DNA of 64,000 nt from Gammaproteobacteria bacterium (lineage in GTDB: Bacteria; Pseudomonadota; Gammaproteobacteria; JBCCGL01), in the NCBI GenBank assembly GCA_965277715.1, contig OZ255836.1, forward strand, positions 1,152,001-1,216,000. Direction: 5' to 3'. Under the pieces are notes generated by a model. It made no database searches, had not been told where the DNA came from, and saw only the letters and a list, made by a program, of their open reading frames with translations. The translations under genes and the position numbers were made by a program. Below, piece by piece: positions 29,760 to 39,606 of the stretch. Position 1 is the stretch's first letter; every line of letters starts with the position of its first letter.

Positions 29760-31435
29760 GGTAGCGCAGCATGGATATGACTACGTTTATCGTCACGCAT
29801 GGAGCGCCCTGTCCAATCGAGGAGCTCCAAATAGTCGTCAAAGCGAAATAAGATCCCGCTTTGCGGTGCATTGGTTTCTGTACCCTCGAAGTGCAGCAGT
29901 GGTTTGATAGGTGTTTTAAATATGAATAGCTCGCCCGCTTTTTGCTGATCTTCAACCGCACGATTCGCGTTAAATTGGGGCGTGATGCGTTCACGGATAC
30001 TGGTGTATTCCGAGGTTTCGGGTGTTTCGGCGATATCCGCGCGTACTGGGTTAAGATCGACATAGGCCATGCAGGATAGTAGGGCTTCTTCGGTCTTTAA
30101 CGCCTGTGAGCAAAAGCGCGATTCCCAAAATCGCCCACGGCAACCGTCCTCTTGCGTTATCACCTCATCATCGCTTAGCGCATCAATCTGCTCAGGGCAG
30201 GCTTTCAGTACCAAATGGTAGTGATTACTCATCACTGCATAAGAGCAGATATCGATACCAAACAGAGAAGACAACAAGCGTATACGGTCTTCGACCCACT
30301 GGCGGCGTGATGTGGCTACACTAATTCGGACCCCTCACTTGAAGTAAACTGAGTTTACGCGAGGAACCGAAAATGAAAGAGAAGCAATCCTATACGGCTG
30401 ATTTTAGAGAGTCAGCGGTTAAATTAGTCCTGAAAAACGACCAGCCTATAGCCGCGACCGCACGCGAACTGGGAGTGAACGAGAATACTTTGCATACCTG
30501 GATCAGCAAGTATAGCCAACCGAAAGCGGATGGCAGTGGCCACAGCGATGAGCACTTATATGATGAACTCAAACGGCTGAAAAAAGAAAACGCGCGTTTG
30601 AAACCGGCGTTTAAAGCATTTGTTTGCCAATGAAGGGGTTCGTATCAGTCGCCGCCGAATAGGCCGTCTCATGGTACAAGCAGGGCTTTGTTGCCGTACC
30701 AAACGTAAGTTCAAAGTGACAACAGACTCCAAACACCATAACCCCATTGCGCCCAATCATCTGAATCGAGCCTTCACCATTGAACAACCTGACCGCTGTT
30801 ATGTTGGTGACATTACCTCCATCTGGACGCAACAGGACTGGCTTTACCTGGCCGTCGTGATTGACCTGTTCTCTCGTCAAATAGTGGGTTGGTCTATCCA
30901 ATCACACATGAGAACCAGTCTGGTGGATGACGCATTGCTGATGGCTATTTGGCGGCGTAAGCTCAAAGCTGGCCTGCTATGGCACACAGATCGTGGCTGC
31001 CAGTATGCCTCTAATCACCATCGCCGCTTACTAAAACAACACCATACTATTCAAAGTATGAGCCGCAAAGGCAATTGCTGGGATAACAGCGTGGCTGAAA
31101 GCTTTTTCCACACCTTGAAAACCGAATTAATTTACCTAAAAACCGGGTCAACCCGAGAGGAGGTCAGACAAGCTATTTTTGAATATATTGAAGTCTTTTA
31201 CAATCGCCAGCGATTACATTCCGCTAATGGCTATTTATCACCCGTGGATTATGAACTGTCTAAAAAGATCGCTTAAACATGTGTCCGATAATGTGTTGAC
31301 ACATCAGCGATGTGCGTAGCCCTTTTTCGTGTGGTCATCAACACCACACAAAAAAGCACGGCGTACACAGCGTGCGGTGATGTGGTAGTAGGGTGTGTCT
31401 TCGAACGAGATGAGTGCTTGTCCAGGGCGAGTTAT
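29654..31435 (-). pseudogene. REP-associated (RAYT-like) Y1/HUH transposase, interrupted by IS3 and decayed
   Basis: The N-terminus (ATA)TRP...PYYHITARCVRRAFLCG...HR at 31435-31307 joins RQWVEDRIRLLSSLFGIDIC across the IS. MSNHYHL HUH motif, GRFWESRF, YVDLNPVRA. Apparent internal deletion after DDEVI. Confidence 0.82.
30308..31306 (+). mobile_element. IS3-family element, internally deleted, 3-bp target duplication GCG
   Basis: IRL TGATGTGGCTACACTAATTCGGAC; IRR reverse complement TGATGTGTCAACACATTATCGGAC; GCG at 30305-30307 and 31307-31309. orfA (30373-30633) runs directly into a partial orfB (to 31276; GDIT, HTDRG, WDNSVAESFF). Confidence 0.9.
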
Positions 31436-31615
31436 GGGGAAATTCCTTTAATATTAAAGAGGTAACACCCGAATACAAAAAGGCAAAAAAAGAGAACGCT
31501 AACAAGTCAAGCAAGAAGGATGCGCCAGAGCGCACCTCTTCTTGAGGCATTAAGAAAAACTAAAAGAACACCCCCTTTTTTCAAAATATACCCAACTGAC
31601 GAGCGATGGCGGTTA

Positions 31616-31981
31616 CTAACCAATAGCAGTCACTTCAGCGATAGGAATACGCGCCATTGCATAAAACCACAACATCACCGCAGCACCGTGGGTAAGCCCT
31701 CTAATCACATAGTGCTTAAAATTTCCTTTGTCAGGCGCCCGAAAATCCGGGTTCAACACAAGGCGGATTGCCAATGGTAATATCAGCAAGGTACCGAATG
31801 CATAGCGGATAAAAGCGGCCTCCACGGCGGGAAGATCAGAACCAAGATGCCTGACAACACCTGTGACAGCAACAAATAACACACCTGTCAATAACATCCA
31901 GGCGATACCGGCCAGTGTTCTATCTATGCCCGGTTTGGGTTGTGTATCAGGTAACTCGATGGGTAGTCTCGACAAAAGCAT
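31616..31981 (-). pseudogene. Truncated DMT/EamA transporter (N-terminal part only)
   Basis: Hydrophobic helices with an EamA-like pattern (FIRY, WFYAMARIPIAEVTAIG), then a premature stop. Confidence 0.7.
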
Positions 31982-32308
31982 TGAATAAACGGAGAAATAT
32001 CATGTGCCTGTACAGTATGGTGTACTTTACCGCTGATAAGCAATCAGGAAACCATGTACCCCCACAAATTACCCTGTCAAAACAGCCTTTAATATCGAAT
32101 GTTTCTCGCCTGGAAAAAATTCCGATATGCTGCTTCAAAACTGCTCTGCCAATGCCTGGAACAGCTCGGCGAAAGACGAACAGGTTGAGCCTAAAACTCA
32201 GCCTAAAGATGCCATTATTTCCTTAACAATAGTGAGATAAAACGAGAGCCAACAAAAAGAGATCCTTCTCTAAAATTCGCTGATGATATTTCATCAATAT
32301 CAAAATAT

Positions 32309-32399
32309 TGGCGGAGAGCAAGGGATTCGAACCCTTGATACGCTATTAACGTATACATACTTTCCAGGCATGCTCCTTCAACCACTCGGACAGCTCTCC
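32309..32399 (-). tRNA. tRNA-Ser(GGA)
   Basis: GGAGAGCTGTCCGAGTGG...CATGC-CTGGAAA-GTATG, long variable arm, GGTTCGAATCC, ends in GCCA. Confidence 0.96.
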
Positions 32400-32424
32400 A
32401 AAAATTTTTACTACTAAAACTTAA

Positions 32425-32760
32425 TTAGTTATCCCCTCCTCTGGGAGTGTAAACAGGTGACGGAAACTGAGTAACATTACCGCTGATTTCAGTCACTTTA
32501 CCAACGCCTTCTTTTTCCACTTCATCGATACGGATAACAGCATGCATCGGCACCAGAGTTTGCGTAACGCCTTCAAACTCATCTTTTAGCTTTTCTTCTG
32601 CAGGGTCGACAACCACCGTAGTGTGTTCACCGAAGATTAATCCCTCAACGACCACGAAACCGTACAGTTCGCCCTGATAAACATCTTCCGCGTAAAGCTC
32701 ATAGAGCTTGTTTTGCCCCATAAACTTCACTTTGTACAATGTCCGTTTACCGTCTTTCAT
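32425..32760 (-). CDS. DUF1820 family protein
   Basis: YELYA, VVVDPAEEKLKDEF, PMHAVIRIDEV motifs. Confidence 0.8.
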   Translation of the reverse strand: MKDGKRTLYKVKFMGQNKLYELYAEDVYQGELYGFVVVEGLIFGEHTTVVVDPAEEKLKDEFEGVTQTLVPMHAVIRIDEVEKEGVGKVTEISGNVTQFPSPVYTPRGGDN

Positions 32761-32896
32761 ACAGTGTTCTCTGGTCTCATCCTATTAGGTGCTGTTAGCA
32801 CTAGCTTTATTGCATTACTCAAAAGGCCCGCGATTCTATCACGACTTTGTTTTGAAAGAAGGTTTTTTACCAGACTAATACCGGTGCTAACAAACC

Positions 32897-33685
32897 CTAA
32901 CGTTTTTTCTGCCCCCGGCCAGGCTTAGAGGCTTTCAGTATCAATTGATTATTTGACTTCAATCCCAGGTCGGCTTTGATTTTGCGCAGGTGATCGGGAT
33001 TTAAATCGCTCCATTTGCCCGGTTTTAGCCAGCGCGGCAGGACAATTGCCCCATAGCGTACACGCGACAGACGGCTAACCGTCAGTTCTTGCGACGCCCA
33101 CAACCGCCTCACTTCACGGTTGCGCCCCTCCCGCACAATGACATGATACCAATGGTTGCGCCCCTGACCACCAATATCCACTATGTTGTCGAAATGCGCC
33201 ATGCCATCACCCAGCTCGACACCCGTGCGCAAGGTCTGTAACTGTTCATCACTGGCCTGGCCAAAAATGCGCACAGCGTATTCGCGCTCCACCTCACTGG
33301 ATGGGTGCATCAGCGCGTTGGCCAATTCACCGTCTGTCGTCAGTATTAACAGACCACTGGTATTGATATCAAGCCTGCCTACCGCCACCCAACGGCTGTT
33401 CTTCAAGCGTGGCAGGTGGTCAAATACGCTCGGCCGCCCTTCCGGGTCTTTGCGACTGGTAACTTCACCTTCTGGTTTGTGGTAAATCAACACCCTTTGT
33501 CGGTTGTCACCGGCCATAACGCGGTAGCGATAACCACGCACGGTAACGGCATCACCTGCTTTAACCTGCGCACCGAGTGTCGCCTTATCATTATTGACGC
33601 GAATTGCACCGTCGCTAATCCAGCCCTCGACTTCGCGACGCGAGCCAAGGCCCGTTCGCGCCAGCAATTTTTGAATTCTTTCCAC
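32897..33685 (-). CDS. rluB: 23S rRNA pseudouridine synthase RluB-like
   Basis: S4 domain ERIQKLLARTGLGSRRE, catalytic GRLD, EGRNREVRR. Start trimmed to GTG 33685. Confidence 0.88.
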   Translation of the reverse strand: MERIQKLLARTGLGSRREVEGWISDGAIRVNNDKATLGAQVKAGDAVTVRGYRYRVMAGDNRQRVLIYHKPEGEVTSRKDPEGRPSVFDHLPRLKNSRWVAVGRLDINTSGLLILTTDGELANALMHPSSEVEREYAVRIFGQASDEQLQTLRTGVELGDGMAHFDNIVDIGGQGRNHWYHVIVREGRNREVRRLWASQELTVSRLSRVRYGAIVLPRWLKPGKWSDLNPDHLRKIKADLGLKSNNQLILKASKPGRGQKKR

Positions 33686-33776
33686 GTATTTTCCAGGCAC
33701 CTGCAAGTAACAGACTATTCTATCAAATCGTATGGATTTGATATGATCTATATCCCCTCTTGAAGCGATATACACC

Positions 33777-34298
33777 ATGAAACAAACCAGCGCATTTATT
33801 CCCCTCAATATCGCCGTACTGACCGTCTCAGATTCACGCACTCTGGCCGAGGATACCTCCGGGCAACTGTTAGTGGATAAACTGGAAGCCACTGGACACC
33901 ACTGCGCAGACCGCCAGTTAGTGCGCGATGACAAATACGCTATCCGCGCCACAATCAGCCAGTGGGTCCTGGATGAAAACATCAACGTGGTATTGACCAC
34001 AGGTGGCACCGGCATAACCGGCAGGGACGGCACACCCGAAGCCATCAAACCACTGCTTGACAAAGAGATAGAAGGATTTGGAGAAATGTTTCGCGTATTG
34101 TCTTACCAGGACATAAAAACATCGACATTGCAATCACGCGCTTTATCGGGCGTTGCCAACGCCACCTACATCTTTGTATTACCGGGGTCTTCCGGCGCCT
34201 GCGCTACCGCCTGGGACAGCCTCATCACAGCGCAACTGGACAACCGCACAATGCCGTGCAACCTGGTAATGCTAATGCCCCGACTCAATGAAAAATAG
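33777..34298 (+). CDS. moaB: Molybdenum cofactor biosynthesis protein B
   Basis: VLTVSDSR, TTGGTG, RDGTPEA, LPGS, PCN motifs. Confidence 0.93.
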   Translation: MKQTSAFIPLNIAVLTVSDSRTLAEDTSGQLLVDKLEATGHHCADRQLVRDDKYAIRATISQWVLDENINVVLTTGGTGITGRDGTPEAIKPLLDKEIEGFGEMFRVLSYQDIKTSTLQSRALSGVANATYIFVLPGSSGACATAWDSLITAQLDNRTMPCNLVMLMPRLNEK

Positions 34299-34446
34299 GT
34301 GTTTGCGACTAACACTACAAACTCATCCCAGCAGCAATTAGCGCCAGCCTATTTTCCACAGGAACAGTTGGCGCACTATCGTATTGACTAGCAAGGTATT
34401 CACACGCCCTGATGCAATATCAGCTAAACATTACACCGACACCACA

Positions 34447-35001
34447 TCACCCAGGTTCATTGATATCAATCAAATCACCCAACGCAACCCGCATTTCAAG
34501 CAACGTAGGATAATCAGAACGAAAACCATTATCACCACGTTTCTCACAACTGAGAGACAACACATCCGGTTGCTCGGCAGAAACCAAGTGCATATCAACC
34601 CGATACAACACAAAACTCGGCAACTCCAAAAAGATTGAATTCGACGCCACATAAGTCTTTGATGCAGTCGTGTAATCGTTACTCTCACGCACTTTGAGGA
34701 TATCAAAATGCCCAGGCTGCACCGTTTGTTGCGGCTGATCGCTGTATTGAACATCCCGCACCAACACACTGCAGTAGGCATCCCAACGATTAATAGCCTT
34801 TTCAGCGAGGACAGTGCCGTTTTGCATAAAAACACGCGCCCGTTGATCGGGAATATCTAAATTTGCCTTAATTTGCACAGTAGACGCAGGGTTTACAGCG
34901 GGGCGAGTAGTATAGGTTGTTGGTTTTCCAGCACAGGCGCCCAATAGCGAGGCAGTAACAATTAACCAACTGATGGTTGTAATCGATTTTACCTTGTACA
35001 T
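34447..35001 (-). CDS. Hypothetical lipoprotein
   Basis: Signal peptide with LGAC lipobox. Confidence 0.65.
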   Translation of the reverse strand: MYKVKSITTISWLIVTASLLGACAGKPTTYTTRPAVNPASTVQIKANLDIPDQRARVFMQNGTVLAEKAINRWDAYCSVLVRDVQYSDQPQQTVQPGHFDILKVRESNDYTTASKTYVASNSIFLELPSFVLYRVDMHLVSAEQPDVLSLSCEKRGDNGFRSDYPTLLEMRVALGDLIDINEPG

Positions 35002-35095
35002 TGAAATTACCCTTTCGTGAGTCTCGAGTGTCTAGGACAGGCAATCGACAATCAAGTTTCTCTCTATTTGGTAAATATCAATACCCTAATTCGAA

Positions 35096-35923
35096 TCAAA
35101 CAGCCTTACGCGATTTAATCAAATCGTAGGCCTCACGAATCTTTTGTGTTTTCTCCGTGGCTAACTTAATCATTTCCTGTGGCAAGCCTTTTGCCACCAA
35201 CTTATCCGGGTGATGTTGGCTCATCAATCGGCGGTAGGCCTTTTTAATATCGGCATCGGGCGCCTGCTCAGATACTCCCAACAGCTTATAGGCATCACCA
35301 AGGCTGATCCCCGAATCCATTGGCCGACGGTACTCACCGCTACCCTGGTTATCATCCTGGCGATCACCTGTGCCGCCTGTCACACTGGCGCGTACCAGCG
35401 CTTCAATCTGTCGGTAAGCCTGCTCATGAAAACCCAGCAACTGGCACACATGCAGCAGTAGCGCATCTTCAGCCGCGTGTAACTGACCATCGGAGTAGGC
35501 CGCCTGTACCTGTATTTCGATAAACACACGCATCAGGTTTTGCCTGCGTGCGCACTCACGGCGAAACTGTTCAATAACCTCTTCCAGGGGGAAATCTGCC
35601 TGTTTTCCCTGATCGAAGAGGTTGATCGCGGCACGGCGCATATCAGCCGACAGATTCATTTGTGCCATTACCGATTGGGCCAATTGAATTTCACCCCGGG
35701 TAACCTCACCGTCTGCCTTGGCGATATGCCCCATAGTGGCGAAAGTCGCGGTAAAAAAAGCCATCTGCACCCGCTGTTGATCACCGGGGGCCACGACATC
35801 CTCGTCCAGGCTGCCTAAGCCCTTATCAAAGCTGTGCCCAAGCGCCGCGCCAATCAAGATACCCAAAGGCCCGCCAAGTAAAAAACCGCACGCACCGCCT
35901 AATACTTTTCCCCACCAACTCAT
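35096..35923 (-). CDS. djlA: Co-chaperone DjlA
   Basis: N-terminal TM, TerB-like AKADG, J-domain HPD. Confidence 0.95.
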   Translation of the reverse strand: MSWWGKVLGGACGFLLGGPLGILIGAALGHSFDKGLGSLDEDVVAPGDQQRVQMAFFTATFATMGHIAKADGEVTRGEIQLAQSVMAQMNLSADMRRAAINLFDQGKQADFPLEEVIEQFRRECARRQNLMRVFIEIQVQAAYSDGQLHAAEDALLLHVCQLLGFHEQAYRQIEALVRASVTGGTGDRQDDNQGSGEYRRPMDSGISLGDAYKLLGVSEQAPDADIKKAYRRLMSQHHPDKLVAKGLPQEMIKLATEKTQKIREAYDLIKSRKAV

Positions 35924-35975
35924 CGTCTACTGCCTCTCATGTATTACCCTCTCAATTGGACGTATTTATACTGAC

Positions 35976-37037
35976 TCATGCTGATCTCAATTGGGTAGCT
36001 TCACGCAAAAAGCTGGTTGCGTAGCTCCCGTTATCCAGGTGGAAGTGGATTTTCAGGATATCCTCACCCAGCCACTGCCACTGCAGATTTTTTGCAAAAG
36101 TGCGCAGTGCCCGCCGTTCGTGTTTCATTTTGTATGCCACTAGGCCATCAGCCAGGCCATCGGCCAAATCGTGGCACGGGCCATCGTCAAGCGCCGCACT
36201 GCGGGCAAAACAAGCCTGCTCCCATGCGTGTTGTTGCATCGATGTCATTGTCTTGCCAGCGCCCCACATCGGCCCGGTAAGGTGTACATCTCCCTTATCC
36301 AGCCGGGGCTGTAGCGTAGCGTCCTGTTGGTCGACGCTGAAAACACTGTGAGACCCCGCCAACATTAACACATCGCCCACGCCAACAAGCCCATAGCGAC
36401 CCTCGACAATACGCTGCGACAGCACCCGGTTAAACAGGTAACTGCGTGCCGCCGAGAGGTAGATGCCGCGTTTATTATCACGTTTGTGGCGCCTGCCTAC
36501 AGCGGAGAAAAGCTGGCGCGCCCGCTCAATATTCTGACCTTGGTGACCAAAGCGCTGCCCGCCAAAATAATTGGGAAATCCCTTCATCTGAATCGCCTGT
36601 AAACGACTATCCAGTTGCTGTCTGTCACCGTCAATATCGCGCAGGATAATCATAAAATCATTCCCCGCGTGCGCACCGCGTCGCAATTTACGCCGATGTC
36701 GTCGGTAACTGATAACACGTAAACCCTGCATTTCCAGCGCAGCGGGGTCTGGATCAGGCTTTCCCGGCAAATGCACACTAAACCATTGCGTTGTGACAGC
36801 GCGCCGGTCTTTTAAGCCGCAATAGTTTACATCCCGCTCGCGCACACCACACACAGAGGCGAGGTGTGCGGCGGCAAATGCTGTGTTCATATTGGTTTTT
36901 TCGAGCCGGACAAAAAAGTGCTCTCCATCGCCATCCAGTTCAAAATTTAACACTTCATCCACACGAAAATCATCCGGCATATAGCGGAATGTAGCGGTAG
37001 TCTGTGGCTTACCCAGTAGATAAGCGACATCCGCCAT
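35976..37037 (-). CDS. truD: tRNA pseudouridine(13) synthase
   Basis: DFRVDE, GLKDRRAVTTQ, PNYFGGQRFG, GSYAT. Start approximate. Confidence 0.93.
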   Translation of the reverse strand: MADVAYLLGKPQTTATFRYMPDDFRVDEVLNFELDGDGEHFFVRLEKTNMNTAFAAAHLASVCGVRERDVNYCGLKDRRAVTTQWFSVHLPGKPDPDPAALEMQGLRVISYRRHRRKLRRGAHAGNDFMIILRDIDGDRQQLDSRLQAIQMKGFPNYFGGQRFGHQGQNIERARQLFSAVGRRHKRDNKRGIYLSAARSYLFNRVLSQRIVEGRYGLVGVGDVLMLAGSHSVFSVDQQDATLQPRLDKGDVHLTGPMWGAGKTMTSMQQHAWEQACFARSAALDDGPCHDLADGLADGLVAYKMKHERRALRTFAKNLQWQWLGEDILKIHFHLDNGSYATSFLREATQLRSA

Positions 37038-37244
37038 CGGGTTTGCCCCTATATGATGCATCAACAGTTCCCGGTGAAGTGTGTATCGCAAAGCATTACA
37101 GTCGCGGTGCCGGTTCAAATAGTGTATTTTAGCGACATCGCCCCATTGATGTCCTATGCAAAGCAAAACATGGATAGAAAATTTACCTGTCGGCAGCTAC
37201 AATTTATCCATGCGCGCATCACAGGCTATCAGGTTTAAATCATT

Positions 37245-37457
37245 ATGTTAATCGATGGTATCGATGAAACCAGCCTGCGCACCCGGCTTAACGAGATGAG
37301 GCTGGAACACCGCGATCTGGATATTGTGATTGATACATTTGCAGCCGAGCCCATGTTTAATCAAATTCAACTGCGCCGGTTGAAAAAACGCAAATTATTG
37401 CTCAAGGATCAAATTGCGCGCATTGAGAGCCGTTTGATTCCAGACCTTAACGCCTGA
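37245..37457 (+). CDS. YdcH/DUF465 family protein
   Basis: EHRDLD...RLKKRKLLLKDQI. Confidence 0.85.
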   Translation: MLIDGIDETSLRTRLNEMRLEHRDLDIVIDTFAAEPMFNQIQLRRLKKRKLLLKDQIARIESRLIPDLNA

Positions 37458-37488
37458 TTGTTGAATTTAACCAGCAGTTAAGCCACGC

Positions 37489-37866
37489 TCACCGTTCAAA
37501 AATTACAAACGCCGTTACCGTATCCCCTTCATCTGAAAAGGAGACGTGGTAGTGGTTAATACCTTGCCGTTCACAGCGTTTTGCAGCGATGCCAAGCACC
37601 TGTAATTCAGGTTTCCCCATCGCATCATTGTGCGTAACAAAGTCATGCAGGCTGACCCCCTCGCGAATGCCAGTGCCCAGCGCTTTTGACGCGGCCTCTT
37701 TAATCGCAAACCGTTTAGCTAAAAAGCGTCCCGGCTGGCTACTGTGAATAAATTCACCGCGCTCCTGTTCGTGTAATACCCGGTGGGCAAATCGCTCGCC
37801 AAAACGCTGTAGAGACAATTCAATACGGGTAATAGAAGCTATGTCGACACCTATACCAAAAATCAT
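37489..37866 (-). CDS. acpS: Holo-ACP synthase
   Basis: GIGVD, RFAIKEAASKALGTG, GKP. Confidence 0.93.
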   Translation of the reverse strand: MIFGIGVDIASITRIELSLQRFGERFAHRVLHEQERGEFIHSSQPGRFLAKRFAIKEAASKALGTGIREGVSLHDFVTHNDAMGKPELQVLGIAAKRCERQGINHYHVSFSDEGDTVTAFVIFER

Positions 37867-38030
37867 TACCGGGTTTGCCCTCGTTCAGCTAAATCTATTT
37901 ACAACGCTTTGCAATGCATTGAGCGGGCGTTCAGATAAGTGAGAACGCCCCTAGCACTTTATAATAATATCGCTATCAATACCGGCTTAAAGCTCAGTAA
38001 AACCCCTACTACCCCGTCAAATAGCACCAC

Positions 38031-38489
38031 TCACTTTATCGACATTAGCGCGTGACGGGTATTCTCTTTACGCGCATCGATTAACAAGCGCACCCGCAAG
38101 CGACGAAAGACATGGGCGGGCAATGCATCGCGTGCGAGCACCAGGGCAATAAACCGGTTTCGCTCACTGCGTAAGTGCAACCAGATAAAATAGCGGTTTA
38201 CGATGCTACTCCCCAGCAGACGGGCCACTTCACCGGGTTTGTTATCCACCGAAACCCGCCAGTCACCCGGCGTCTCCCAGACCAGTGAGACACTTCGTCG
38301 ATACCGCTTTAGCGAGCAGGCGAAACTCAACAACAATGCCACAGTGATCGAGAGGTTGAACACCCACGGTAATGGCGACCAGGCGACGCTGCACAGCGAT
38401 AGGCAATACACACAAGCAATAATCACCATAAGATATTTCGAGGTGACCGGCGCAATGCGCAATGGGTAAGTGTGCTGTTTAAAGGCCAT
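38031..38489 (-). CDS. ygfX: YgfX (CptA-like) membrane protein
   Basis: Two N-terminal TMs and D...FRRLRVRL; lies downstream of sdhE. Confidence 0.75.
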   Translation of the reverse strand: MAFKQHTYPLRIAPVTSKYLMVIIACVYCLSLCSVAWSPLPWVFNLSITVALLLSFACSLKRYRRSVSLVWETPGDWRVSVDNKPGEVARLLGSSIVNRYFIWLHLRSERNRFIALVLARDALPAHVFRRLRVRLLIDARKENTRHALMSIK

Positions 38490-38512
38490 CCCTATCCTCT
38501 TGGAAGGTGTGA

Positions 38513-38746
38513 TTAATGCGCAGTAATTATACTGATCACTGCATTGATTACCGGGTCATCACTGCTGTCCCGGCCTAATAGCAGAGCATACAAATCGGGA
38601 TCCTGCTTTTCAAGCAAGGCTCGAAATGCACGCTGCTGAGGTTCACTGGCGGCTGCATAGTGGTTTTCCAGATAGCGGGCCAACACGACATCGAGCTCTT
38701 TCATACCCCGCCGACACAACCAGCGCAGCCGCGATAATTCGCTCAT
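38513..38746 (-). CDS. sdhE: FAD assembly factor SdhE
   Basis: RLRWLCRRGMKELD motif. Confidence 0.93.
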   Translation of the reverse strand: MSELSRLRWLCRRGMKELDVVLARYLENHYAAASEPQQRAFRALLEKQDPDLYALLLGRDSSDDPVINAVISIITAH

Positions 38747-38753
38747 CGCGGGG

Positions 38754-39536
38754 TTATATACGCCGCTGTAACAGCAGTTTTTTTGTTTCTGCGATGGCTT
38801 TGGCCGGGTTCAGTCCTTTTGGGCACACTTTGGCACAGTTCATAATAGTGTGGCAGCGGTACAACTTAAAGGGGTCTTCAAGTTCATCCAGGCGTTCACC
38901 TGCCGCCTCATCGCGGGAGTCGACAATCCAGCGGTAGGCATTCAATAGGGCCGCCGGGCCAAGGTAGCGATCACTGTTCCACCAGTAGCTTGGGCAGCTT
39001 GTGGAACAACAGGCACATAAGATGCACTCGTACAGGCCATCGAGTTTTTCCCGGTCCTCCTTGGACTGCAAACGCTCCCTGTCTGGCGGTGTGGCAGAGG
39101 CGGTTTTCATCCACGGCTCAACCGATGCGTACTGTGCGTAGAAATTCGATAGATCAGACACCAGGTCTTTGACAATGGGCTGGTGTGGCAGTGGGTAGAC
39201 CTTAATATCCCCCTTAATATCCGCTATCGCCATCGTACAGGCCAGCGTATTGGCACCATCGATATTCATGGCGCAGGAGCCACAGATACCCTCGCGGCAG
39301 GAGCGACGCAGCGACAGCGTGGTGTCCATTTCATTTTTTATTTTTAACAGACCATCAAGCACCATCGGCCCACAATTATCCATATCGACTTCGTAGGTGT
39401 CGGTGCGCGGGTTTTCACCCGAATCCGGGTCGTAGCGATAGACGATAAATCGCCGGATATTGTCTGAACCACTCGCATCACGAAAGGTTTTACCGGGCTT
39501 TACAATCGAATTGGCGGGCAGTGAAAATTCAGCCAT
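38754..39536 (-). CDS. sdhB: Succinate dehydrogenase iron-sulfur subunit
   Basis: [29 protein letters not shown]...CP. Start at MAEFSLP. Confidence 0.96.
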   Translation of the reverse strand: MAEFSLPANSIVKPGKTFRDASGSDNIRRFIVYRYDPDSGENPRTDTYEVDMDNCGPMVLDGLLKIKNEMDTTLSLRRSCREGICGSCAMNIDGANTLACTMAIADIKGDIKVYPLPHQPIVKDLVSDLSNFYAQYASVEPWMKTASATPPDRERLQSKEDREKLDGLYECILCACCSTSCPSYWWNSDRYLGPAALLNAYRWIVDSRDEAAGERLDELEDPFKLYRCHTIMNCAKVCPKGLNPAKAIAETKKLLLQRRI

Positions 39537-39606
39537 TGTTTTTCTCCAGCATACCTTGCTTACACTAATAATAAATGGGATTAATAAACGGGATTGATAA
39601 GCAATA

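Noticed and set aside
33686-34063. 126-aa N-terminal extension of RluB in the ORF track
   Set aside because: It overlaps moaB on the opposite strand; homology begins at ERIQKLLA.
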